Virus record (IMG/VR): IMGVR_UViG_3300042934_000519
Coordinates: 8,984-72,983 of that record
Reading direction: 5' to 3' (one strand)
Source of the DNA: a virus
Length of the DNA stretch: 64,000 nucleotides
Numbering within the stretch: position 1 is the stretch's first letter; every line of letters begins with the position of its first letter. Below the pieces are notes generated by a model. The model saw only the letters and a program-made list of their open reading frames with translations, was not told the origin of the DNA and searched no databases. Shown one piece after another: positions 17,837 to 26,846 of the stretch. The translations under genes and the position numbers were made by a program.

Positions 17837-19759
17837 ATGGAATATATCGTGAACTACGATAAAACCCTGGACGAACTCAAGGCAGCGGCAGAAGAACTGC
17901 TGACCGGTCCTCTGGGTCTGGGTCATCTGTACCAGATTCAAGACCGCAAGAAGCTGTTCCCCAAGTACCTGCACGCCATCGCGAACATCGCAGCCACCGT
18001 GCTGGGTGACGAGAAGGGTGAACTGCGCCAGTCTCTGAACTGCTCGCAGTGCCATCGCTTCATGTCCCGCGTGGGTGGTGTCGTTTACATGAACGGCAAC
18101 AAGACTGTATCGGTCTACTGGAACCCTGACGTCGTGACTGACCCGGTCATGAAGCAGGTCGTGGCTGAGTTGAAGAAGTGGGTCGAATCGTCCCGCGTTC
18201 ACAACCTGTTCGACCCTGAAGGGGCGTACGCTCACTACACTGAGCACACCCACAACACTCAGGACCGTCGCCACTTCTTCATCGCGCCCGAGCAACTGGT
18301 TCCACGCAGCTCGGTGAACGGCATCAAACTGTCCATGCCGCACAAAGGCACGTTCTTCGGCCGCATGCACGCCCTGATCGACTTCGCGCAGACCATCACC
18401 CTGCCGACACTGATGACTGTGGACCAATGGTTCCAGACCAAGCTGCTGACCCCGGCCGGTGATTCTGTCACCACCATGAAGGCGCTGAAGAACCTGTTGA
18501 CCTCGCTGGCCACCATCAAGAACCAGCCGGATTATCTGGGCCTGAAAACCTTCGACAAAGAAACCACGCTGGTCAACCTGCTGTGGCGTTACGCGTTGAC
18601 GGACAGCAACCTGCTGACGGCCAAGAACTCCTCGTTGGGTGAGCTGCTGACCCGCCTTCAGGCCTTCAACGATGGCAAGCGTGCAGACGACTCCATCGCC
18701 AAGATCCAGGCCGCCTACAAGGATCAAACCAGCGCCATCAAGTACCAGCGCACAGTGGCTCCTGCTTCGGTCAACCAGATCGAGAAGACCATGATAGCGC
18801 TGGAAGAAGGCGATTGGCTGCGTTCGATGGAACAGCAAGAAGCGCTGGAAGCTGAACTGCCTGCGGTCTGGGTGTCGAAGGCTCCGTACAGCGAAGAAGC
18901 TCCGGTGCAAGAAGCCGAAGAAGAAACGTCGTTCGCGGCATTCGCTGCCAAAGCCAAAACCGGTGAAGGCAAGAAGTCCGGTGGCGTCTTGACGGCCACT
19001 GGCCTGACTGACGTGGGTTACTTCTTCAACGAGATCATGCCGAACGCTGAGTCGATCGCCATTGTCTTGGGCCAGAACAACCAGATGAAGCCGACCTTCA
19101 TCAACCGCATGAAGCACCTGGATGCCAAGCCTATCTTCCGCTGGGACAGCGCCGAAAAGCCAGGCAAGTTCATCCTGTTCGGCTACGAGCATCCGTTCCA
19201 AGTGCCGGAGCTGGTGACCAAAGACGTACCGACCCAGAACAACCAGTTCTTCGTCAACGTCCTATCCATCACCACCCCGATCGTCATCGGCGTCGAGTTC
19301 TCTGAAAAGAGCAAAGAGCCGATCATGTTCAACCTCGGCGGTTTCCGTGCACCGATCCCTTCTCGCCCGGCGCTGTTTGCTGATGCGATCAAAGGCGAAC
19401 TGTACGACCACCGTCGTGCGATCGAGGACTACTCCAAGAACACCCAGCTCAAAGTGCCGACCGAACAACCAGCGGTGGCTTTCATGTTGGGCGCTCGTTC
19501 CCCTCACCAATCGGCCCAGAGCATCCCTGGCCTGGAAGTGCGCGTCAAGTTCACCCCGGAATACGCGGCCATCATCGGTGCGGAATTCGGCGTGTACAAG
19601 ATCGACCTGAAAGGCTATATCGTTGAGCCAGAAATCAGCAAGTTCGAAGTGCTGCGTCCGCTCGGCGTGCCAACTCCTGCTCCAGCGCCTGTTCCTGAGG
19701 CAGCAGCAGAACTGGCTTCGCCTGCTATCCAACACTCCGAAGGCGCTGACCTTCAGTAA
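17837..19759 (+). CDS. Conserved jumbo-phage hypothetical protein
   Basis: 640 aa; NCSQCHRF CxxC motif; strong codon bias. Confidence 0.8.
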   Translation: MEYIVNYDKTLDELKAAAEELLTGPLGLGHLYQIQDRKKLFPKYLHAIANIAATVLGDEKGELRQSLNCSQCHRFMSRVGGVVYMNGNKTVSVYWNPDVVTDPVMKQVVAELKKWVESSRVHNLFDPEGAYAHYTEHTHNTQDRRHFFIAPEQLVPRSSVNGIKLSMPHKGTFFGRMHALIDFAQTITLPTLMTVDQWFQTKLLTPAGDSVTTMKALKNLLTSLATIKNQPDYLGLKTFDKETTLVNLLWRYALTDSNLLTAKNSSLGELLTRLQAFNDGKRADDSIAKIQAAYKDQTSAIKYQRTVAPASVNQIEKTMIALEEGDWLRSMEQQEALEAELPAVWVSKAPYSEEAPVQEAEEETSFAAFAAKAKTGEGKKSGGVLTATGLTDVGYFFNEIMPNAESIAIVLGQNNQMKPTFINRMKHLDAKPIFRWDSAEKPGKFILFGYEHPFQVPELVTKDVPTQNNQFFVNVLSITTPIVIGVEFSEKSKEPIMFNLGGFRAPIPSRPALFADAIKGELYDHRRAIEDYSKNTQLKVPTEQPAVAFMLGARSPHQSAQSIPGLEVRVKFTPEYAAIIGAEFGVYKIDLKGYIVEPEISKFEVLRPLGVPTPAPAPVPEAAAELASPAIQHSEGADLQ

Positions 19760-19809
19760 CCGCTACACGGCAGGGTGGTTCGCCACCCTGCCTTATACCG
19801 AGAGTTTAC

Positions 19810-20127
19810 ATGAACTTCAAAGGCGTGAGCATCAGAACGCGATGGTCCCTGCTTGAACTACTGCTTGTGTTGGTGGTTCTGGCAATGGCGTTGTATGTAG
19901 GTTATAGCTACTGGGCAAACACTGACCCCAAGGTCAAAGAGTTGGCTCGACGTTCATTGATCGTGGCGGGTTACTCCGACGTGGTCATTGGTGACTATCG
20001 CATGTGGGGTTGTTCTCGCAGCGACAGCATTCACCTCAGCTTCACAGGTAAAGGTCCTACAGGTATTCCCACCAAGGGCGTGGCCTGTGCAGATCTGTTC
20101 TCCAAAGAATTCACTGTCCGTCATTAA
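19810..20127 (+). CDS. Membrane-anchored protein with pilin-like N-terminus
   Basis: WSLLELLLVLVVLAMAL; two Cys. Confidence 0.65.
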   Translation: MNFKGVSIRTRWSLLELLLVLVVLAMALYVGYSYWANTDPKVKELARRSLIVAGYSDVVIGDYRMWGCSRSDSIHLSFTGKGPTGIPTKGVACADLFSKEFTVRH

Positions 20128-20136
20128 GGAGTCTCC

Positions 20137-20373
20137 ATGAGCATCGGTGCTATCTTGCTGTTAACTGCTACTGCTGGTGCCCATGGGTATTCCGTGAGCG
20201 TGACACCTGTGGCCGACATGGATGAGTGCTTTCGTGTCCGCGAAGCAGTTGCCCTGACGTTTGTTCGTAAAGACCAGTACGAGATGTCCAGCATCCCCAA
20301 CGTGTGGAAGACCCGCGAAGGTCAGTACAACTACGGGCGTAACTCGGTCAAACTTGAATGCAAGCCCGTATAA
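20137..20373 (+). CDS. Small secreted hypothetical protein
   Basis: AGGAG SD, hydrophobic N-terminus, two Cys. Confidence 0.6.
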   Translation: MSIGAILLLTATAGAHGYSVSVTPVADMDECFRVREAVALTFVRKDQYEMSSIPNVWKTREGQYNYGRNSVKLECKPV

Positions 20374-20382
20374 GGAGCGACC

Positions 20383-20655
20383 ATGTGTCGTCGTCTTGGT
20401 AAGAAGCACTTTCAGTACGTCGGTACCGAAGGGCTGGAGCAACAAAAGAAAGAACGCATGATCCGTGCGCCGCATCGGTTCCTCTGCGACAGTTACATGG
20501 TGTGCATCCTTAACGATCACACTAACCTTCGTGAGAAGCTCTGGAGCCCCCAGAACAACAACCCACAGGGCATTGCCAAACCGTTGCGCAACAGTAAGGC
20601 AAAACTGTACGCCAAGCTTAAACGCTATTACGACCGTGCCGGTAACGGCAAATGA
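20383..20655 (+). CDS. Basic hypothetical protein
   Basis: AGGAG SD. Confidence 0.6.
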   Translation: MCRRLGKKHFQYVGTEGLEQQKKERMIRAPHRFLCDSYMVCILNDHTNLREKLWSPQNNNPQGIAKPLRNSKAKLYAKLKRYYDRAGNGK

Positions 20656-21113
20656 CCAATGCGCCCAGCTACGTGCTGGATGAATCCATGAAAGACGTCT
20701 ACCCAGGCGTCGATTACTACCGTCAACTCCTCACCAAAGAGAGCATTCCCATGAAACTGAACCTCGCGCAATTCGTCACCCCTCTGATCGAATCCGGTGC
20801 CCTGAAGGCCACGGTCATTGATGGCGTCAACTTCTTCGGTGCGACCGTCATCTCGATCGACGAGAAGAAGAACAAGATCCAGCTGGAAATCGGCGACGAT
20901 CCTGACACCAACATCAGCGCTCGCCTGACCTACGAAGGCGACAACGAAGTGAAGCTGGGTGCCAAGCTCAAGTTCACCGTCGAAGGCGAAGTCAAGTTTG
21001 TCGAACTGCCGTCGGCTCCTGCTCGTCAGGCTGCTCCTGCTCAGTCGGCTCGCCGTAGCCCTGATCGCAGCATGGTCGATCCAATGAAAGCGGCTCGCCA
21101 AGGTCGCGAGTAA
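20652..21113 (+). CDS. Hypothetical protein
   Basis: ATGA overlap; followed by hairpin 21122-21146 and TATGCCG. Confidence 0.65.
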   Translation: MTNAPSYVLDESMKDVYPGVDYYRQLLTKESIPMKLNLAQFVTPLIESGALKATVIDGVNFFGATVISIDEKKNKIQLEIGDDPDTNISARLTYEGDNEVKLGAKLKFTVEGEVKFVELPSAPARQAAPAQSARRSPDRSMVDPMKAARQGRE

Positions 21114-21172
21114 TCCCCGGTGCCGGGAGGGTTCGCCCTCCCGGTCTATGCCGTCAACCCTCGAGATAACCC

Positions 21173-21706
21173 ATGACCACGATAGTTTTCAAAGATGGCC
21201 ATTTGGCCGCGGACACCCTCGCAGTAACAGGTAACTCAGTGACTTACCTGATTCCCCACAAGAAGATCAGTCTCAGTACCGATAAGCGCATTGCTTACGG
21301 GATCTCTGGGATGGTGATTGAACCCGAATGGGTCCCTGATTTGGAACGAGCGCTTTTGGCGTTCGTCATGGAACACCGCAATGCCAAGAGCTTCAAAGCT
21401 CCGATGCCCAAGGAACTCGTTGACCTGATCGAACACCGTGACTTCATCCTCATGACCAAAGATCAGGTCTACACCAAATACGACGGCGTCTCCCCGGACG
21501 GGTCTCGTTTCATGTCTCGCCTGCTGCCCGGTGAACATGCCTCGGTGGGCACTGGTAAACTCTACGCCACCATGGCTTGCTTGTACGGGCATACTGCCCG
21601 TGGAGCCGTCCAGTTCGCCATGGAGAACGATTGCTTCACGTACCCTGGTGACATTGACACCATCAAGCAAACGTCGCTCAAACCGCTGCCTAAGGAGGTC
21701 AAATGA
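21173..21706 (+). CDS. HslV/proteasome-like Ntn-hydrolase
   Basis: M-TTIVFKDGHLAADT, SVGTG, AVQFAMEND motifs with N-terminal Thr nucleophile. Confidence 0.75.
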   Translation: MTTIVFKDGHLAADTLAVTGNSVTYLIPHKKISLSTDKRIAYGISGMVIEPEWVPDLERALLAFVMEHRNAKSFKAPMPKELVDLIEHRDFILMTKDQVYTKYDGVSPDGSRFMSRLLPGEHASVGTGKLYATMACLYGHTARGAVQFAMENDCFTYPGDIDTIKQTSLKPLPKEVK

Positions 21707-22248
21707 GCCAGGTCGTCGTCTACCGGGATGAGAGTCTGCTCTTCTCCACCAACATGTACACCATGAGCCTGACCACCGTACGCGTGCCGCTCGATTACTG
21801 GGTGTGCAAAGCCGGACTGCTCATTCCGATCAACCAGACTGCTCCGGCGCTGATCAACTTCTTCAACGGCAAGAACACGGCGCCAATGAGTACCGAGTCC
21901 ACGCCTCACGGGATTCTGGTGACCATCACAGGTGACATTTACCACGTCGAGATCAAACTCGAGCAAGGTAAGAGCCCGGAAGAAGGTGAACGCTTTGGCA
22001 AGTTGTACCCAACGGGTCCCGGCATCAGTTGGGTCCACTCCATCGGTGATGTCTCAGCAGGTAAAGCCGAAGCCGCCATGCGGCTGGCCAAGGACATGAA
22101 CGAGGTCAAGAAGCTGATGATCACGGCGGACGTATTCAACGCCAAGCAGCTGGAGATCTACACGATGAAGGACCTCATCGAAAAGATCTCAGTGATCCAT
22201 GTCAAGAAATTCCCAGAAGACTGGAAGGAGAAAAAGAATGCAGTATGA
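21703..22248 (+). CDS. Probable degenerate paralog of the upstream Ntn-hydrolase
   Basis: MSQVVVYRDESLLFST and HSIG...AEAAMRLAK...ADVF align by eye with the upstream protein. Confidence 0.5.
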   Translation: MSQVVVYRDESLLFSTNMYTMSLTTVRVPLDYWVCKAGLLIPINQTAPALINFFNGKNTAPMSTESTPHGILVTITGDIYHVEIKLEQGKSPEEGERFGKLYPTGPGISWVHSIGDVSAGKAEAAMRLAKDMNEVKKLMITADVFNAKQLEIYTMKDLIEKISVIHVKKFPEDWKEKKNAV

Positions 22249-22783
22249 CATGCACAGTGAATACCCTGTCATCCTTCGCCAGACCGACGAAGGTGTAATT
22301 GGGACGTGGTACGAGAACCGCTTCAAAGACCCGGCCATCATCTTAAAGGATCTTGAAGCCTATCCTGACCTTAAAGAGAAGGTGGCTAAGATCCACGAGT
22401 ACGCAGCGACTCACGGCGGCAAGATGCCGGAGTTCAAACACAAAGTGGAGATCTTCAGTCGCGTTCGTCATCTGGCCAGCATCACCAAAGGGTACAGCCC
22501 CTTTGATCTGGTGGAATTGACAGGACCTGCCTACTTTGAACCGCTGTCACATCCTGAATGGGCGGTCTCCGGTGAATCGACGATCGAGTGGGACATCCCG
22601 GACGACCGCGACGATACTGAGTCGAAGTTTTCCATGCAGTTAGATGGAACGGTCCTTAAGAGCCTCAGTGCTTGGAACGTTTCAGAAGAGCAATGGCTGC
22701 CTGTGGACAAGATCTTCATTCCGTTCAACACCCTGATGACCGACAAGATCGTCGGCTTTGACCTGGTGCCGATCATCGTGTAA
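22238..22783 (+). CDS. Hypothetical protein
   Basis: AAGGAG SD before ATG 22238. Confidence 0.7.
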   Translation: MQYDMHSEYPVILRQTDEGVIGTWYENRFKDPAIILKDLEAYPDLKEKVAKIHEYAATHGGKMPEFKHKVEIFSRVRHLASITKGYSPFDLVELTGPAYFEPLSHPEWAVSGESTIEWDIPDDRDDTESKFSMQLDGTVLKSLSAWNVSEEQWLPVDKIFIPFNTLMTDKIVGFDLVPIIV

Positions 22784-22806
22784 TAAAATACACGGTGGCA
22801 AAGTGC

Positions 22807-23657
22807 TATGTGAAAAGCGAGCAGTAACCCCTTAACTAAGGACAGTCAATGTTCTCAACCAACGGGGTGTTCTCTCTCCTTCGTAAGATCGTGTCGCAGA
22901 TTCGCTGTCAGGTTAGACTGACCCGAGTCTTGGCACGGTTAAACCGGGAGAGGGCCCCTTCGGCGCCAAAGACGCTAATGCTGCGTGGGACGCAGTCACG
23001 CCACGACCATAAGGCGGTCGGTTAGGCGTCGGCTGCGACGAGATTAGAAAATCTTACAGCTTAATGAGGGGGTCGCGCTCCTCTAAGGATGGAAATTGGG
23101 GTTTACCGCAATCATCTGCGGGTTAATGCTGTACTGCAACACGGCCGTGAGCGATCTGTCTTTCAGACCGGCTGCACGCCCGGAGATTCCGTTAGTGATA
23201 GCTGCTCGCGATTTGTCGCTGGTAGCTGTAAACGCCTTCGTGCCCGCGCTTCACCCGTACAGTCCGCCCTACCAGGCTGACTCTGGGACGATGGCCCCAC
23301 TGACGAACATGCACAGTCCAGCGTTGCTAATGCAGATGAGTACTACGGTCGTACCACGCCCAGGGTTCCAGACCCTGTAAGCCACTGGAACGATCGGAGT
23401 GCACACACATAGCTGCACCCGTGAGCGGATTGAGTTCCGTACTTGATGTAAGAGGCAGTTGTCTCTCATTGGCAAGCACGTGTGTCAGGCTCGAAGACTG
23501 CGGTTGGGTCTAATCGCTGCGATTACCCTAGGATCAGATCTTCCCCTGCACCCTTGTCAAGATGCTAAACAATGATCCGCCACCCCTTCACGATTCCACT
23601 TCCTAGTCGCACTGGGCAGCCGAGAATCATAAGGGGCGGCGTTCATTCCTTTATGCC
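22807..23657 (+). ncRNA. Candidate large structured non-coding RNA (~840 nt)
   Basis: No credible CDS in a gene-dense genome; TATG at 22807; more than 12 hairpins; terminal long stem plus TATGCCG. Confidence 0.7.
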
Positions 23658-23699
23658 GTGATCTTATGTACGCTTTCTTTTTTCTTTGGGTATGCTGAC

Positions 23700-24143
23700 A
23701 TGAGTACGGTAGAAGCAGTGGATGCTCCAGTTCCTTTGGTGGAACTGATCAACGGTAAATTCAGCTATTTCGACACGCGTCGTGTTGATAAGCACAACCA
23801 CTCAATGCTTAACCCTTTCCGTCGACTCGACGAAGTGGTCGGTGACATTCAGGTTCCCCAGTGGAACGTGACTGACTTCGCCTCCATTAACACCCTCCGA
23901 GATTTAGGTCTGTTCATTATCTTTGCCTTGCTGGCAGGGTACGGTGATCAGTCCGCCACCATCCACGACTACCTCTACGGCGGTGGTCTTCCTGTCAGCG
24001 GTCAAGTGATCTATCGCAAAGACGCTGATGACATCTATTACCGTGCCCTACGAGCTGAAGGTGTGGCTCGCTGGCGTGCCGGTATCTTCTACGCGGGTGT
24101 TCGCCTCTTTGGGGCTTCCCGTTGGAAAGGAGCCGTTCAATGA
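23700..24143 (+). CDS. DUF1353 family protein
   Basis: TDFASI, HDYLY, RKDADDIY...YAGVRLFG motifs. Confidence 0.85.
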   Translation: MSTVEAVDAPVPLVELINGKFSYFDTRRVDKHNHSMLNPFRRLDEVVGDIQVPQWNVTDFASINTLRDLGLFIIFALLAGYGDQSATIHDYLYGGGLPVSGQVIYRKDADDIYYRALRAEGVARWRAGIFYAGVRLFGASRWKGAVQ

Positions 24144-24436
24144 GTGCACCCCTGTTTACCGTCCACAGTTCGTTGGCGGCCATCCCCGGTGACAAAGGCA
24201 AGTGGCTGGAGTCGTACCGTCTGGCGGACCACATGCTGATCCTGATGGAGTGCTGGCGTAAAGTGCCTGCCACCCAATTGGTCGGTGATGAGTTCCAAGC
24301 GGTCAAAGGCATGCTCAGCTTCATCATGGCTTCCTCCGGTACGCACCTTGATGCTGTCCTGACGGCTCAGTCCATGGAAGAGCTGTTTGCCATCCAGAAA
24401 GAGTTCCAAGCCATTTGCAAGTCCCGCTGCACATAG
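24140..24436 (+). CDS. Hypothetical protein
   Basis: ATGA overlap; terminator hairpin at 24440-24463. Confidence 0.65.
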   Translation: MSAPLFTVHSSLAAIPGDKGKWLESYRLADHMLILMECWRKVPATQLVGDEFQAVKGMLSFIMASSGTHLDAVLTAQSMEELFAIQKEFQAICKSRCT

Positions 24437-24476
24437 CCACCAGGAGTCCTCCGGGACTCCTGGTCTATGCCGGGTG

Positions 24477-24568
24477 TTCGATTCGAAAAGATTACGGCAA
24501 TACATTAATAGCGTGAATAAGGAGAATGATCTTCTTATCTTAACCTTAGTCTTTGGAGATTTACCATG
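24477..24568 (+). repeat. Conserved early promoter/leader, copy A
   Basis: TTCGATTCGAAA..TTACGGCAATACATT..GTGAATA-hairpin-..TTGGAGAT..ATG; similar to 29264 and 50025. Confidence 0.85.
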
Positions 24569-25267
24569 TCTGTTACTACCTGCGTATTGAACACCGCTTT
24601 GACCGCTGTTGGCTTGGGTCGTTTCCGTCAAGTGAAACTGATACCGGTCACCGAACCTGTGGTTGAAGCTGCCCAGCCAGACGAAGTCATCAAGGACATC
24701 TTGAAGGCGCCGATCCCTGCTGCTGTGGCTGAAGTGCTGGAGAAAGGTGCCAGCAAAAGCGATGTGGTTAAAACCATTCCTGCCGTACTGCGCGCTGTTG
24801 TGCAGCAGAAGGATGCGATTGACCATGCTTTGACTGACGACACCGCTGCTCGTAAAGGCGTGACCGTCACCGTGATTGACGACAGCCAAATCCCTGCTGA
24901 CGTTGGTTCAACGAACGCTGAAGTGATCATTGCAGGCCCTCGGTCGACTGAGTTGTACGCAGCCGCTCAAGAAGCCATGTTCTGGGATAACTTCATCGAG
25001 AAACTGGCTCAACGTAAAGTGCTGGATTTCCACTCGGCTTTGTCGCTGATTGAACATCAGGCAACCTTGGGTAAAGGGTACTCGGCTGTAAACTGTAAAG
25101 AAGTCAGCGAGCATATGGGGATTGTGCATGTGACCAAAGCCGGTCTTAATGCGCTGTTCCCATTGGACGACGGCACTTACCGCGTCGTCAGCAACAACAA
25201 ACGTTTCAACGGAGAAGCGTTTGTCTCAGTAGCGGCTGCCAAGGGTTTCCTGAACGGCCGCTACTAA
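24566..25267 (+). CDS. Hypothetical early protein
   Basis: First gene of cassette A. Confidence 0.75.
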   Translation: MSVTTCVLNTALTAVGLGRFRQVKLIPVTEPVVEAAQPDEVIKDILKAPIPAAVAEVLEKGASKSDVVKTIPAVLRAVVQQKDAIDHALTDDTAARKGVTVTVIDDSQIPADVGSTNAEVIIAGPRSTELYAAAQEAMFWDNFIEKLAQRKVLDFHSALSLIEHQATLGKGYSAVNCKEVSEHMGIVHVTKAGLNALFPLDDGTYRVVSNNKRFNGEAFVSVAAAKGFLNGRY

Positions 25268-25331
25268 GCAATACCGTTGTGCAATACTAACCCACGCGGC
25301 TTATAGGGCCGCACACTAGAAAGGACTTACC

Positions 25332-25700
25332 ATGCAACCGTTCAAACAAGCTGTCTACTCCTCCCGCACTGCTGACAAGTTCGTTGTGCGCCTGCCTGAT
25401 GGCATGCGTGAGCGGATTCAGGAAGTGGCGAAGGGGAACCACCGTTCGATGAACAGCGAGATCATCGCTCGTTTGGAGAAGAGTCTGGATGCCCCAGAAC
25501 AAGAGAACGGCACGGTGGAAATCGACGGCGAAGGCGTCCTGTGGAATCCTTGCACGGGTATGTTGGTGAAGACCCCAGCCGGTATCGGGGCGATCCAAGG
25601 TGTCCATTACTCGGACACCAGCATCGACACTATCATGGTCATGGTAGATGGTGCGTCTTACCCGCTCAATGACATCAAGCCTATCTGGTTGAAGTCCTAA
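25332..25700 (+). CDS. amrZ: Arc/ribbon-helix-helix protein with AmrZ (AlgZ)-like N-terminal domain
   Basis: [36 protein letters not shown] closely matches Pseudomonas AmrZ; C-terminus unrelated. Confidence 0.85.
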   Translation: MQPFKQAVYSSRTADKFVVRLPDGMRERIQEVAKGNHRSMNSEIIARLEKSLDAPEQENGTVEIDGEGVLWNPCTGMLVKTPAGIGAIQGVHYSDTSIDTIMVMVDGASYPLNDIKPIWLKS

Positions 25701-25753
25701 CGGCATAGACAGGGGACCTTCGGGTCCCCTGTCCTTGTTTCTTTTTTCTTTGG
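25701..25753. terminator. Bidirectional terminator, cassette A right end
   Basis: CGGCATAGAC-hairpin-TTTCTTTTTTCTTTGG. Confidence 0.85.
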
Positions 25754-26302
25754 TCAGAACTTGAAATCCAGCGCTTGTCCCACAGGGAACTGGAAGGCAG
25801 TCTCCATGAGGTAGGTCAGATACGTGTGGTCGTTAGCGGAGATGTACCCGCCACCTGTGCCCACGTAAATGCACCGTTTACCATTGAGCATGCCATCACG
25901 GGCCAGCTTCGCCGGGTCAACGTTACCAAAGAACTGGAACGACACCCAACGCCATTCAGTGCCAGTACCTGCTACGGGGTCACTGCCCGATTCGATCCCA
26001 CGGAGTTCGTAGCTGACGCCACCGATCACCACTGACGGCATGGTCACGCTGCCTTGACTGACAGGTCCCGGTGTACCCACCGCCGGTCCTTGGCCAGCAC
26101 GTGTAAACGATCGGCGTTCAACACTGCCATTGACAGAACTGGCCAGTGTGACCTGACCGCCCTTAGCCACGTAAGGGGGTTTCCAGACCTTCCAGACACC
26201 TTGGACGTTCACCCACGCTTGTTCGATGTCTTTCCAGACACCCGCTACCCTGACCAGCGGGACAGATTCACGAATCGCCCCTGCTACTTTGACCTTCTGC
26301 AT
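25754..26302 (-). CDS. Putative tail/receptor-binding accessory protein
   Basis: N-terminal VxGVWK repeats, Gly-rich beta content. Confidence 0.55.
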   Translation of the reverse strand: MQKVKVAGAIRESVPLVRVAGVWKDIEQAWVNVQGVWKVWKPPYVAKGGQVTLASSVNGSVERRSFTRAGQGPAVGTPGPVSQGSVTMPSVVIGGVSYELRGIESGSDPVAGTGTEWRWVSFQFFGNVDPAKLARDGMLNGKRCIYVGTGGGYISANDHTYLTYLMETAFQFPVGQALDFKF

Positions 26303-26314
26303 CGTGACCTCTCA

Positions 26315-26782
26315 TTACCAATCATGGGCGCGGTGTGTACGGTTGACGACTTTGACCTTCTTGCGACCGAGCCACTGGGCAATGTCGATCTTCTCTTTGT
26401 GAAGGATCGAATCCCGGATGGTTTCCTTGGTCTTGTACTCGTCCTTCATGCCATTGTGCTTGTTGTTCACAGGTCGCCAACGACCATCGTGCTGGATGGT
26501 GTACAGCCAGACGTCCAGCTTGAACAGGTCTGCCGTCACCGGGATGCGTCCTGTGGCGATCTCGATGATGATCAGGTCCCCATCGGACTTGTAGCGGTCC
26601 AGGTTGTAATGCTTCTCCAGTACCGAGGCAAACCCTTGGGCAATGGCTTCTTCCTTGGAGGCAGTGCTGTAGAGCCACTCATTGGATTCGGTCTCATCCC
26701 ATTGGACAAGCTTTCCAGAGTGCTTGAAACCCGGCATCAGCTCGGTCTGATCGTAACCAGAGCCGTGGTAAAGGTTCATCAT
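26315..26782 (-). CDS. Conserved hypothetical protein
   Basis: LYHGS..ELMPGF N-terminus. Confidence 0.7.
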   Translation of the reverse strand: MMNLYHGSGYDQTELMPGFKHSGKLVQWDETESNEWLYSTASKEEAIAQGFASVLEKHYNLDRYKSDGDLIIIEIATGRIPVTADLFKLDVWLYTIQHDGRWRPVNNKHNGMKDEYKTKETIRDSILHKEKIDIAQWLGRKKVKVVNRTHRAHDW

Positions 26783-26846
26783 GGGTTCACCTGCGTTAAA
26801 ATTGAAAGGATGTCATTATGTTGTAGTAAACGAATGAGTCATCCCG

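Noticed and set aside
22849-23475. Short ORFs in the first candidate ncRNA (22849-23025, 23089-23280, 23096-23380, 23269-23475)
   Set aside because: Atypical codon usage and overlap with dense RNA helices; the 58-aa ORF at 22849 has an AAGGA upstream and cannot be fully excluded
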